A DNA stretch of 54,622 nt from a virus. Taxonomy: Duplodnaviria; Caudoviricetes. Below, piece after piece: positions 1-8,395 of the stretch (its first letter is position 1; the number at the start of each line of letters is the position of its first letter). The position numbers were made by a program, and so were the translations under genes. The DNA is taken from IMG/VR virus record IMGVR_UViG_3300017751_000023, positions 1 through 54,622 of that record. One strand, written 5' to 3'. The notes under the pieces were generated by a model, which had not been told where the DNA came from, made no database searches, and saw only the letters and a program-made list of their open reading frames with translations.

Positions 1-123
1 AGATGGCATATACATAGATGACGAGGGATTGTACGCAGAGAAGAAACATCTGTGGTCTTTCAAAGGTATTCTCCACAAGAATCATCTGTTTAACCTCGTC
101 AACAAAGGACTTGTGTTAGGCAC
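1..123. repeat. Terminal direct repeat, copy 1 (circular assembly overlap)
   Basis: Bases 1-123 are identical to 54500-54622. The repeat lies inside a coding sequence, so it is most likely an assembly overlap rather than a physical DTR. Confidence 0.95.
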
Positions 124-199
124 GAACATTGAGGGAGACAGTATCGAACCTGACCTATCACTAAAAGATATACAGAGGAGAGTTGTATGGCATTGGTAA
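2..199 (+). CDS. 3' part of the junction-spanning DUF3846-like gene
   Basis: Frame 2 reads DGIYIDDEGL...GTNIEGDSIEPDLSLKDIQRRVVWHW*. Confidence 0.8.
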   Translation, partial: DGIYIDDEGLYAEKKHLWSFKGILHKNHLFNLVNKGLVLGTNIEGDSIEPDLSLKDIQRRVVWHW

Positions 200-378
200 A
201 GTATGCAGTAATGTTTGAACCCTTTGAGACAGAAGGTATGGAGTATGTCAAACAGGGTTGTGGTTCTATGTGGGACGATAAAAGTCCTATCAAAACCTTT
301 GATACTAAAGAACAGGCAGAGGTGGAACTAAAGAAGTGGAACACAGGAATAATAGTGGAGTATGGATATTATGGATAA
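187..378 (+). CDS. Hypothetical protein (63 aa)
   Basis: GAGGAG RBS; overlaps both neighbours in operon fashion. Confidence 0.7.
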   Translation: MALVKYAVMFEPFETEGMEYVKQGCGSMWDDKSPIKTFDTKEQAEVELKKWNTGIIVEYGYYG

Positions 379-640
379 GAATATGAAAACAATTAGTATA
401 GACCCTAAGGATAGAATAGAGTTACTCAGATATGTTAATATGCTGAGAGAATTAAACTGTAATACATCAGAGAAGATACCTATCTACTATGAACATGTTT
501 GTGAGTTAGAAACTCTCATGTACAAGCTATCACAAATGCTAGAGTTTGAACAACCAAAGGGGACGCATGGTGGTTGGTACACAGACTATCAACTCAAAGA
601 AGATTTACCAGAGGAGAAATCTAATGACAAGACCCACTAA
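362..640 (+). CDS. Hypothetical protein
   Basis: Co-directional ORF with GGAG upstream; start may be 371 or 383. Confidence 0.7.
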   Translation: MDIMDKNMKTISIDPKDRIELLRYVNMLRELNCNTSEKIPIYYEHVCELETLMYKLSQMLEFEQPKGTHGGWYTDYQLKEDLPEEKSNDKTH

Positions 641-1082
641 AGCAGACAGGAAGAAGTATGACATCGACTTTGCAGGAGACCTAAACTTTGGTCTAGGCAT
701 GGAAGATGAAGTCATAGACATGTTTAAAGGCAAGAAGATAGAGGTGAAGTCAGAGAAAGGTATGTGGCAGCGTACTGGAAATATAGCTGTGGAGTACGAA
801 TCATGGGGGAAACCTTCAGGTATCAATGCTACTGAGTCCGACTTCTGGTTTCACAATCTGTGTATCAATGGGGACATATATGCCACACTTGTATTTAAAA
901 CTGAGACACTCAGGAAAATAGTTGACTCACTTGATTTTGTTAAGACGGTGAGTGGTGGAGACCACAACGCATCCAAGATGTACCTTGTAAACATTAAGAA
1001 ATTATTCTCCAGTGATGTCATCAAGGCATACAAGGGTGTTGCAGAAATGCAGCAAGAAAATAAATCTGAGAAAGGGGATTGA
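624..1082 (+). CDS. PD-(D/E)xK-like nuclease-fold protein
   Basis: GAGGAG at 611-616 favours ATG 624 over the track start 546; E...KIEVKSE...GNIAVEYES motif. Confidence 0.6.
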   Translation: MTRPTKADRKKYDIDFAGDLNFGLGMEDEVIDMFKGKKIEVKSEKGMWQRTGNIAVEYESWGKPSGINATESDFWFHNLCINGDIYATLVFKTETLRKIVDSLDFVKTVSGGDHNASKMYLVNIKKLFSSDVIKAYKGVAEMQQENKSEKGD

Positions 1083-1106
1083 CAGCATTTTTTATTACTG
1101 TATAAT
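1079..1106 (+). promoter_or_regulatory. Consensus sigma70 promoter
   Basis: TTGACA (1079-1084), 16 nt, TATAAT (1101-1106). Confidence 0.85.
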
Positions 1107-1170
1107 ATTACTTTATGTAATACTTAAAGTTAACCTTAACTCCTTCTACTTTAAGTTAATTATTTAAGAG

Positions 1171-1518
1171 GTGAAGATGAAGAAAGATTATTGTGAACAT
1201 TGTGGTAACTTAGTAGATGACAATGGTGTTTGTTTCGAATGCCAGATGGAAGCAGAACAGATGGAAGACATGGTGAATAGCCCTTCACACTACACTAAGG
1301 GTGGTATCGAATGCATAGATGCGATGAAGTCAATGATGCATGGCGCTATCGTGTCTGCTTTCATAGCGTATTGTTGGGGAGCATCGTTTAAATACCTGTG
1401 GAGGTGGCACTACAAAGGTAAGCCTATCCAAGACTTAGAGAAAGCTAAGTGGTACATAAACAAGATGATTGAAAAACTGAAAGAAGAAGATGAAGTACAC
1501 AATAAAAACAAAACTTAA
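1171..1518 (+). CDS. DUF3310 (SaV-like) protein with N-terminal Zn-ribbon
   Basis: DMVNSPSHYTKGGIECID...DLEKAKWY signature; N-terminal CxxC..CxxC. Confidence 0.8.
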   Translation: MKMKKDYCEHCGNLVDDNGVCFECQMEAEQMEDMVNSPSHYTKGGIECIDAMKSMMHGAIVSAFIAYCWGASFKYLWRWHYKGKPIQDLEKAKWYINKMIEKLKEEDEVHNKNKT

Positions 1519-2575
1519 AGACGGCTCTACTGTCTACCGTTTTATTCCCCCAAAGGACGCTAAGTTATCAGGTGTCGTTAAGAATAAAACATTTCAAGAT
1601 GGTAGGACAGCACGATACGAGATACCAAAACTAATTAAGGTGGTCGAAGACTTTAGGAAAGGTAAGATACTGGCAGGTAACATAGACGTTAACAGTAACC
1701 TGCGTCAAGTTCTTGCTCACTACTACAAGACAGGTCAGTTTAATTCGTTATCTTTGCACACACAGAAGACATACACCTACGGCTTCAATAGAATATGTGT
1801 GACAAAGATGTTCGGCAGAGAGTTGGGAGATATAACCCTAAAATACCTCACTCCCACTCACTGCACCGAACTATATGAAACTTGGGCGAAGCAGGTGAGT
1901 GTTGATAATGCTAATCAACTCTCCAGAATCTTCTCTGTCCTTGTAAACTTCTGTATTTCGTTGGGTCTTATGGATAAAAACCCAATGTCTATGGTTAAAA
2001 AGAGGTCACACGAGCCACGTTCTGTCGTGTGGACACGAGAACAGGTTGAGTTGTTCATTGATACAGCCTTCTTACAGTTTAAATACAGAAACATTGGACT
2101 TCTTGCCCTACTTTGCTACGAATGGGGACAGAGACCTGTCGATATTCGCCTGTTAAAGTGGTCATCTATAGACTTTGACAACAAGATGGTGACAATCAAA
2201 CAGACTAAGCGTGGTGCAACGGTACAACTACCACTTGAGGATAAGATAGAGCAACTACTTCTCCAACAGAATGAGGATTGGGGATTCCAAGAATATGTAT
2301 TACCTTATCAGAGACCCTCAGACGGTGCGTACAGTGTCATTGAGCATTTCCAAGTGTCTGCCCTTGCGAATGAAGTAAAGGCTCTCTGTGACCTTCCTAA
2401 GGAGTTACAGATGGGAGACTTGAGAAAGACAGCAATAACAGAATTGATACGCAGTGGCGTTGACCAACTGGCAATCATGTCTGTGACAGGGCATAGGAAT
2501 GTGCAGAGCCTTAACCCTTACAACAAACATAACTTTAACACAGCAAAGTCTGCACTAGAAATGAGGAGAAAATGA
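1490..2575 (+). CDS. int: Tyrosine recombinase/integrase
   Basis: GQRPVD (R), KQTKRG (K), DLRKT (R), TGH (H) and PY (Y) catalytic pattern; N-terminal arm-binding and core-binding-like regions. Confidence 0.9.
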   Translation: MKYTIKTKLKDGSTVYRFIPPKDAKLSGVVKNKTFQDGRTARYEIPKLIKVVEDFRKGKILAGNIDVNSNLRQVLAHYYKTGQFNSLSLHTQKTYTYGFNRICVTKMFGRELGDITLKYLTPTHCTELYETWAKQVSVDNANQLSRIFSVLVNFCISLGLMDKNPMSMVKKRSHEPRSVVWTREQVELFIDTAFLQFKYRNIGLLALLCYEWGQRPVDIRLLKWSSIDFDNKMVTIKQTKRGATVQLPLEDKIEQLLLQQNEDWGFQEYVLPYQRPSDGAYSVIEHFQVSALANEVKALCDLPKELQMGDLRKTAITELIRSGVDQLAIMSVTGHRNVQSLNPYNKHNFNTAKSALEMRRK

Positions 2576-2790
2576 GTGACGATGTAAAAGAGGAAGCGTT
2601 GAAGCAAGCACAGGAAGCCTACATAATATTCCATAAGTTTCTTAAATACTTTGGATACACTATGTTGTTTCTGATATTCTTGCTATACTGCAATGACTTC
2701 TTCAATGACCCTACAGCAAGTAGGCATCTACCAGAAGAGATAGCAGACCAGTATGACCCAAAAGGATTAAACAAGAGGAAAGGAATATGA
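2572..2790 (+). CDS. Small membrane protein
   Basis: GAGGAG RBS, ATGA overlap with int, one hydrophobic segment. Confidence 0.7.
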   Translation: MSDDVKEEALKQAQEAYIIFHKFLKYFGYTMLFLIFLLYCNDFFNDPTASRHLPEEIADQYDPKGLNKRKGI

Positions 2791-3023
2791 ACAAACCATA
2801 TCACAACAAAGGCTTTGGAACTGCCTTCTTCTACGTGTTCCTAATACTTATACCACTCCCTATATTTGCACTGTGGATAGTAGATGGACAAGATTGGGCA
2901 GATAGATTTGCCACAAAGTATTTCTCACCTTGGCAATCTGAGTGTTGGGAAAATGCAAAGCATGAGAGAGTCTGTAAAGGGGATAACAACTGTAAATTTT
3001 GGAGGAACTTTTGTGATGGATGA
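2787..3023 (+). CDS. Small membrane protein with Cys-rich C-terminus
   Basis: ATGA coupling; TM segment followed by four Cys. Confidence 0.7.
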   Translation: MNKPYHNKGFGTAFFYVFLILIPLPIFALWIVDGQDWADRFATKYFSPWQSECWENAKHERVCKGDNNCKFWRNFCDG

Positions 3024-3108
3024 GGGACACGTATTATTTTTGTTAATGATGTTAGCAGTAGTAATGACACTAGCATTAAATGTAGTAGTACAGGGATTTA
3101 TAGGATGA
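3016..3108 (+). CDS. 30-aa single-TM micropeptide
   Basis: GGAGGA at 3001-3006, ATG 3016: MDEGHVLFLLMMLAVVMTLALNVVVQGFIG; stop overlaps the next ATG. Confidence 0.55.
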   Translation: MDEGHVLFLLMMLAVVMTLALNVVVQGFIG

Positions 3109-3530
3109 TATTAGAAACAGCATTAATGTGTATGGCAGCAAACATTTACTTTGAAGCAAAGAACGAATCAAAGTTAGGTCAATTTGCTGTGGCTCAGGTA
3201 GTTATGAACCGTATGTATGACCACAGATATCCAGATACTATCTGTGATGTAGTCAAGCAGGGACTCACCTATAAGAATGGAAAGGTTGTACTTGGTAAGT
3301 GCCAGTTCAGTTGGTATTGCGATGGTAAGTCTGACCAACCCAACATGAAGAGTAAACAGTGGGGAAACGCAATACGATATGCGTCCATAGTAATGTCTGA
3401 GAGTATAAACATAGACGTTACAGATGGAGCAACACACTACCATGCTACCTACGTGAGACCTGCATGGGCGAAGACGAAGACAAAGACTACACGAATAGAC
3501 AGACACATATTTTATAGATGGGAGAAATGA
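3105..3530 (+). CDS. Cell wall hydrolase, SleB/Hydrolase_2 family
   Basis: NIYFEAKNE..GQFAVAQVVMNR, CQFSWYCDG, GATHYHA, HIFY motifs. Confidence 0.9.
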   Translation: MILETALMCMAANIYFEAKNESKLGQFAVAQVVMNRMYDHRYPDTICDVVKQGLTYKNGKVVLGKCQFSWYCDGKSDQPNMKSKQWGNAIRYASIVMSESINIDVTDGATHYHATYVRPAWAKTKTKTTRIDRHIFYRWEK

Positions 3531-3531
3531 T

Positions 3532-3648
3532 TTGAAAAACATATTTAAATTTTTAGATGATACAGAAACAAGACTGTTTGTATTAGAAGTATTAACAGTT
3601 ATTGCAGTTTTTATGTCAGGAGTTGTATTAGGACTTGTGATAGCTTGA
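3532..3648 (+). CDS. 38-aa single-TM micropeptide
   Basis: GGAG upstream of TTG 3532; fills the gap exactly; stop overlaps the TTG start of thyX. Confidence 0.5.
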   Translation: MKNIFKFLDDTETRLFVLEVLTVIAVFMSGVVLGLVIA

Positions 3649-4265
3649 TAGAAGTACAGTACATAACTCACATGGGAGATGACCTTACTGTAGTTAATGC
3701 TGCAAGAGTTAGTTTTGATAAACTCAGTACAAATTTATCTGACAAAGATAAAAAACTAATCAGCTATCTTGCAAAGCATAAACATATGTCACCGTTTGGT
3801 CATTGCTTTGCAACATTTCTTGTGTCTGCTCCTGTGTTTGTAGCTAGGCAGTTAGTAAAACATAAATTTTTACGTTGGAACGAGGTTAGTAGACGTTATG
3901 TAGATAAAGACCCTGAATTTTATATACCTGAGGAATGGAGAACACGACCAGAGGGTAATATTAAACAGGGTTCAGGCGAGGGAACTGTGGACTACGAGAT
4001 TGGTGGTACTATGCAGTTTGTTAGGGAAACATACAACAACCTTCTCAAAGAAGGTGTAGCTCCAGAACAGGCACGTATGGTGCTACCACAGAACACTATG
4101 ACTGAGTGGTATTGGTCTGGTAGTCTTGATGCCTTTGCTGATATGTGTAATCTTAGGTTAAAAGAAGATGCACAACACGAATCAAAGTTAGTGGCAAAAG
4201 AAATATCTTTTGTTATGGACAGTCTATATCCTGTATCATGGAAGGAGTTAATGAATGGCAGATAA
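3645..4265 (+). CDS. thyX: FAD-dependent thymidylate synthase
   Basis: VVNAARVSF, KHMSPF, VARQLVKH, NEVSRRY, EQARMVLP motifs. Confidence 0.93.
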   Translation: MIEVQYITHMGDDLTVVNAARVSFDKLSTNLSDKDKKLISYLAKHKHMSPFGHCFATFLVSAPVFVARQLVKHKFLRWNEVSRRYVDKDPEFYIPEEWRTRPEGNIKQGSGEGTVDYEIGGTMQFVRETYNNLLKEGVAPEQARMVLPQNTMTEWYWSGSLDAFADMCNLRLKEDAQHESKLVAKEISFVMDSLYPVSWKELMNGR

Positions 4266-5853
4266 TCCACACCAAGCCTGTCCCTTTGAGGACTGTGGTT
4301 CTTCAGACGCATTCAACTGGAATGACGATGGCTACGGCTTCTGTCACAGTTGTGGTGAGTCCTATCCGAACAAGCATAGACTACCTGTGTTTGATTGGGC
4401 AAAGCAAAGTTATCCATTAAAGAGGAGAGAGAATGTTATGATGAAAGAAGTTAAGGGTGTCACCTACGATGACATCAGGGGAATAGACCCTGAGGTTTGT
4501 AAGCTGTATGGCATACAGATACAGACAGACGCAGACGGTAAGCCTGTGCGATATGCTTACAAGTACCCACACACTGTCAAATACAGAGCCTTTGATGATA
4601 AGTCTAAGACTTGGATAAAGGACAAGGGTGTAGGTATGAATCACTTGTTTGGTCCTGAGTTTAATTCTAACTCCTCTAATAAACTCTACGTGACCGAAGG
4701 GGAGTTTGATGCAGCAAGTCTTTACCAGATATTAGGTCAGAAGTTTTTTGTTAAGTCTCTCCCCTCTGCGTCTATCGGTGAGAAGTTCATCAAGCAAAAC
4801 TATAACTATCTTAACTCCTTCAAAGAGATTATCTATGCAGGTGAGTTAGATGATGCAGGACGCAGGAGTGCAGAGAGATTGTACGAATCTTTCCCAAGTA
4901 AACTCTACTATGTACCCATGTCCAAGTACAAAGATGCTAATGAGTTTCTCATGGCAGGTGACGCAGAAGAGTTGAAGTGGACTGCTTTGAAACCACAGAG
5001 GTATTCACCTGACAACTTCTTCTGTTCCGATGAGGAAGTAGCACAGGCGATACGCACAGAGAATCCCTACGACTATACTCCGACAGGACACACAGGTCTT
5101 GATGACAAGATTCGTGGTATAGTCAAGGGTGGCTTGACGTTCCTAAAAGCACCAAGAGGTACAGGTAAGACTGAGGTGATACGGTACTTTGAGACAGGAC
5201 TGCTGAAGAATCCAGACACTAGGATTGCTCTCCTGCACATGGAAGAAATGCGAAGCACAACCTATCGTGCTATGGCTACCTACCATCTTGGTGTGAACGT
5301 CAGGACAAAGGATGATGCACAAGAGAACAACGTGTCAGAAGAGGATGTAATCAAGGCTGCACTTGAAGCAACACAGGGAGAACGTACCATAGTATTTGAG
5401 ATGCGTTCACATGATGACCCTCTCAAACTACTGGAGTACACACGGCTTGCGTCCACCGTCTACGGTGCAGAGTATATCTTTGTTGACCACGTACAGAGAC
5501 TCGCCTACCTCAGTCAGACAGGAGTTGACGGTGCTACCTCTGTCCTTACATCTCTTGGTGCTAGGATGGCACAGCTTTCAAAAGAACTCAACATAGGTGT
5601 TGTATTTATATCACAGGTCAATGATGATGGACGCACCAAGTATGCGTCCTCTCTGGAAGAAGAAGCTATCATCTGCATCAAGATAGAGAGGGACGTAGAG
5701 AACGAGGACACTACAGTTCAGAACACTACGGACTTTATTGTGGATAAGAATAGACCTTTTGCTAGACTAGGCAGAGCAGGTAGTGTATACTATGACCCTG
5801 AGACAACACTCCTCACAGAGGATACAAGAGAAAAGGAGAGAAACGTAGCATGA
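4255..5853 (+). CDS. T7 gp4-like primase-helicase
   Basis: N-terminal Cys4 zinc finger, TOPRIM TEGEFDA and KDANE, Walker A APRGTGKT, FVDH, ISQ, KNR. Confidence 0.92.
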   Translation: MADNPHQACPFEDCGSSDAFNWNDDGYGFCHSCGESYPNKHRLPVFDWAKQSYPLKRRENVMMKEVKGVTYDDIRGIDPEVCKLYGIQIQTDADGKPVRYAYKYPHTVKYRAFDDKSKTWIKDKGVGMNHLFGPEFNSNSSNKLYVTEGEFDAASLYQILGQKFFVKSLPSASIGEKFIKQNYNYLNSFKEIIYAGELDDAGRRSAERLYESFPSKLYYVPMSKYKDANEFLMAGDAEELKWTALKPQRYSPDNFFCSDEEVAQAIRTENPYDYTPTGHTGLDDKIRGIVKGGLTFLKAPRGTGKTEVIRYFETGLLKNPDTRIALLHMEEMRSTTYRAMATYHLGVNVRTKDDAQENNVSEEDVIKAALEATQGERTIVFEMRSHDDPLKLLEYTRLASTVYGAEYIFVDHVQRLAYLSQTGVDGATSVLTSLGARMAQLSKELNIGVVFISQVNDDGRTKYASSLEEEAIICIKIERDVENEDTTVQNTTDFIVDKNRPFARLGRAGSVYYDPETTLLTEDTREKERNVA

Positions 5854-7700
5854 TAATATTTGATGTAGAATCAAATGGACTTCTTGATGATGCAACAAGG
5901 ATACACTGTCTTTCGTATTTAGATACTCGTATTCCTGAATCGTACATTACGCTACACGATTACGATGATATGAAACATCTGCTTCTCACAGAGAGACATT
6001 TGATTGGTCACAACATTATACGGTATGACATACCGTTACTAGAAAAGATACTTGATATTAAGATAGACGCTAGACTATATGATACCCTGCCTATGTCTTG
6101 GGTATTAAACCCTACACGAAGCAAGCATGGACTAGACAGCTTCTTCCCTGACTTTGGTATAGAGAAGCCAAAGATAGATGATTGGGAGAACATGGCGATT
6201 GAAGACTACACAGATAGATGTGTTGAAGATGTTAAGATTACAGAAGCATTGTGGAATAATTTATTGGATAGATTTATGGTGCTGTATAAAGATAAGAAAG
6301 AACTAGATAAGTTTTTTAGATACCTACAGTTCAAGATGGACTGTGCTAGACAGGCTGAACACTCAGGTTGGAGGGTAGACATTGACCTTGCAAAGAAGTG
6401 TGTTGCTGAACTTACAGAGCTACAAGAAAAGAAAGTTACAGAACTCACTGAGGTAATGCCTATGCGTAAGCTGTATAGAGTACAGGGTAAACCTAAAGTG
6501 TGCTATAAGAAAGATGGCACTCTCTCCTCTCACGGTAGGAGATGGTTTGATTTGTTAGAAGAGCATGGTCTACCAGACACATACGATAAAGATGTAACAG
6601 TTGTTAGAGGTGCAGAGGAAGCAAACCCTAACTCTACTGACCAAGTAAAGGATTGGCTGTATTCTCTAGGTTGGAAGCCTTGTACACATAAGTTCAATAA
6701 GAACAAGGAGACAGGTGAAGAGAAGAAGGTAGAGCAGGTGAGAGTCAATGGTGAACTTACAGAGTCAGTCAAGCTACTGTCTAAGGAACACCCTGCTGTG
6801 GAAGTACTAGACGGTCTTACGGTCTTACAACATCGACTAGGAATACTTAATGGATTCGTTGAGTGTGAACACAATGGATACCTACGAGCAGAGATAGACG
6901 GACTTACAAATACCCTACGTTTCAAGCATAGAAAACCTCTCGTCAATCTTCCATCAGTAGAGAAGCCTTGGGGAAAGGAGATACGTAGTTGTCTTACAGC
7001 ACCTGAAGGTTCTCTCCTCTGTGGAGCAGACATGACTTCATTAGAGGACACGACAAAGAGACACTACATGAAACCCTATGACCCTAAATATGTAGAAGAG
7101 ATGTCACGTAAAGGCTTCGACCCACACCTTGACCTTGCAAAACATGCCAAGGTTATTACGCAGAGAGATATTGAAAGACACCACAGTGGTGAGGTTGACT
7201 TGAAGTCCCTGAGAAAAAACTTTAAGGTTGTTAATTACTCTGCCACCTACGGAGTTGGTGCTGCAAAACTTGCACGAGAAACAGGTATGAAGGTTAAGGA
7301 AGCTCAGAAACTATTGGATGCCTATTGGGAACGAAACTGGTCAGTCAGGAAGTTTTCTTCTGAGCAAAAGATTAGGAAGATTAAGGATGACATGTGGATA
7401 CAGAATCCTGTTAGTAAGTTCTGGCACTCATTGAGATATGAGAAGGACGCATTCTCCACCATCAATCAGAGTACAGGTTCATACTGCTTTGATAAGTGGG
7501 TTGCGTACTACAGAATGAAGAGACCAAACATCGTTGGTCAGTTCCACGATGAGAGTATAAACGTAATAAAAGAAGGAGAACAGAATGAACACACAAGTGT
7601 TTTAACGTGGGCAATCAACAAGTTAAACGAGCAACTTAAACTTAATGTGGACTTAGGTATTGACGTTCAATATGGAAAAACATATGCCGATGTACATTAG
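5850..7700 (+). CDS. polA: Family A DNA polymerase with 3'-5' exonuclease
   Basis: FDVESNG, GHNIIRYD and CVEDV exonuclease motifs; motif A GADMTSLE, motif B KVVNYSATYG, motif C FHDE. Confidence 0.95.
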   Translation: MIIFDVESNGLLDDATRIHCLSYLDTRIPESYITLHDYDDMKHLLLTERHLIGHNIIRYDIPLLEKILDIKIDARLYDTLPMSWVLNPTRSKHGLDSFFPDFGIEKPKIDDWENMAIEDYTDRCVEDVKITEALWNNLLDRFMVLYKDKKELDKFFRYLQFKMDCARQAEHSGWRVDIDLAKKCVAELTELQEKKVTELTEVMPMRKLYRVQGKPKVCYKKDGTLSSHGRRWFDLLEEHGLPDTYDKDVTVVRGAEEANPNSTDQVKDWLYSLGWKPCTHKFNKNKETGEEKKVEQVRVNGELTESVKLLSKEHPAVEVLDGLTVLQHRLGILNGFVECEHNGYLRAEIDGLTNTLRFKHRKPLVNLPSVEKPWGKEIRSCLTAPEGSLLCGADMTSLEDTTKRHYMKPYDPKYVEEMSRKGFDPHLDLAKHAKVITQRDIERHHSGEVDLKSLRKNFKVVNYSATYGVGAAKLARETGMKVKEAQKLLDAYWERNWSVRKFSSEQKIRKIKDDMWIQNPVSKFWHSLRYEKDAFSTINQSTGSYCFDKWVAYYRMKRPNIVGQFHDESINVIKEGEQNEHTSVLTWAINKLNEQLKLNVDLGIDVQYGKTYADVH

Positions 7701-7703
7701 GTG

Positions 7704-7731
7704 TTGCAATATAAATTTTATCTGGTATAAT
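7704..7731 (+). promoter_or_regulatory. Probable sigma70 promoter for the SSB gene
   Basis: TTGCAA, 16 nt, TATAAT with a TG extended -10; strong AGGAG RBS downstream. Confidence 0.65.
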
Positions 7732-7757
7732 AAGTCAAATTAAATAGGAGAAAATAA

Positions 7758-8273
7758 ATGGCTACACGAAAAGTTATTTTAACAGGCATTGCTGAATGGG
7801 CAAAAGTGTTTGAAGACAATCGAGACCTCAAGGGTTTTGAGGGTGCATACGAGGAGTTCGATGGTGCTTGTACTATTGACATGATTCTCGACAAAGATAG
7901 TATGGATAGACTGTCTGCATCTAAGTCTATGAAAAAAGGCTCACCAGATGCTGAAGGTAGAGGTACACGAGTACGGTTTATACGTAAGTTCAACACTGGT
8001 AGAGATTGGGACAGTGGGTCTCCTGTTGTCGTAAAGTCTGATGGTACTAAGTGGGACATGGACGTAGACGGTCTCATTGGTAACGGCTCTACAGTTGCAG
8101 TCACCTTATCTGTTTACGACACAAGCCGTAAGTCAATCGTGGGTACACGACTGGACAGAGTAAAAGTGTTGGAGCATGTTAAGCCACCATCTGATGATGA
8201 GGATGAGGTAGCAACAATGCCACCACCACAGAAGTTAAAGGTGGTACAAGGTGAAGAGGAAGTTCCCTTTTAA
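7758..8273 (+). CDS. Single-stranded DNA-binding protein (gp2.5-like)
   Basis: Position after polA; IGNGS motif; acidic tail ending EEVPF. Confidence 0.7.
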   Translation: MATRKVILTGIAEWAKVFEDNRDLKGFEGAYEEFDGACTIDMILDKDSMDRLSASKSMKKGSPDAEGRGTRVRFIRKFNTGRDWDSGSPVVVKSDGTKWDMDVDGLIGNGSTVAVTLSVYDTSRKSIVGTRLDRVKVLEHVKPPSDDEDEVATMPPPQKLKVVQGEEEVPF

Positions 8274-8289
8274 AGTTTCTAAACCAAGA

Positions 8290-8337
8290 AACCTTCAGGC
8301 TATGGAGTTACGTACTTCAAAGTATAGCCTGAAGGTT
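8290..8337 (+). other. Long intergenic hairpin
   Basis: Perfect 14-bp inverted repeat AACCTTCAGGCTAT/ATAGCCTGAAGGTT with an inner GGAGT/ACTTC stem; no U-tract. Confidence 0.8.
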
Positions 8338-8395
8338 GTCCCGGATAAGACTAAAAATAAATTTAGAAAACGGAAACATAAGTTAGGAACAACAG

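Noticed and set aside
1-123. 123-bp terminal repeat as a biological DTR
   Set aside because: It falls mid-gene and the ORF reads through the junction, which fits an assembly overlap of a circularised contig.
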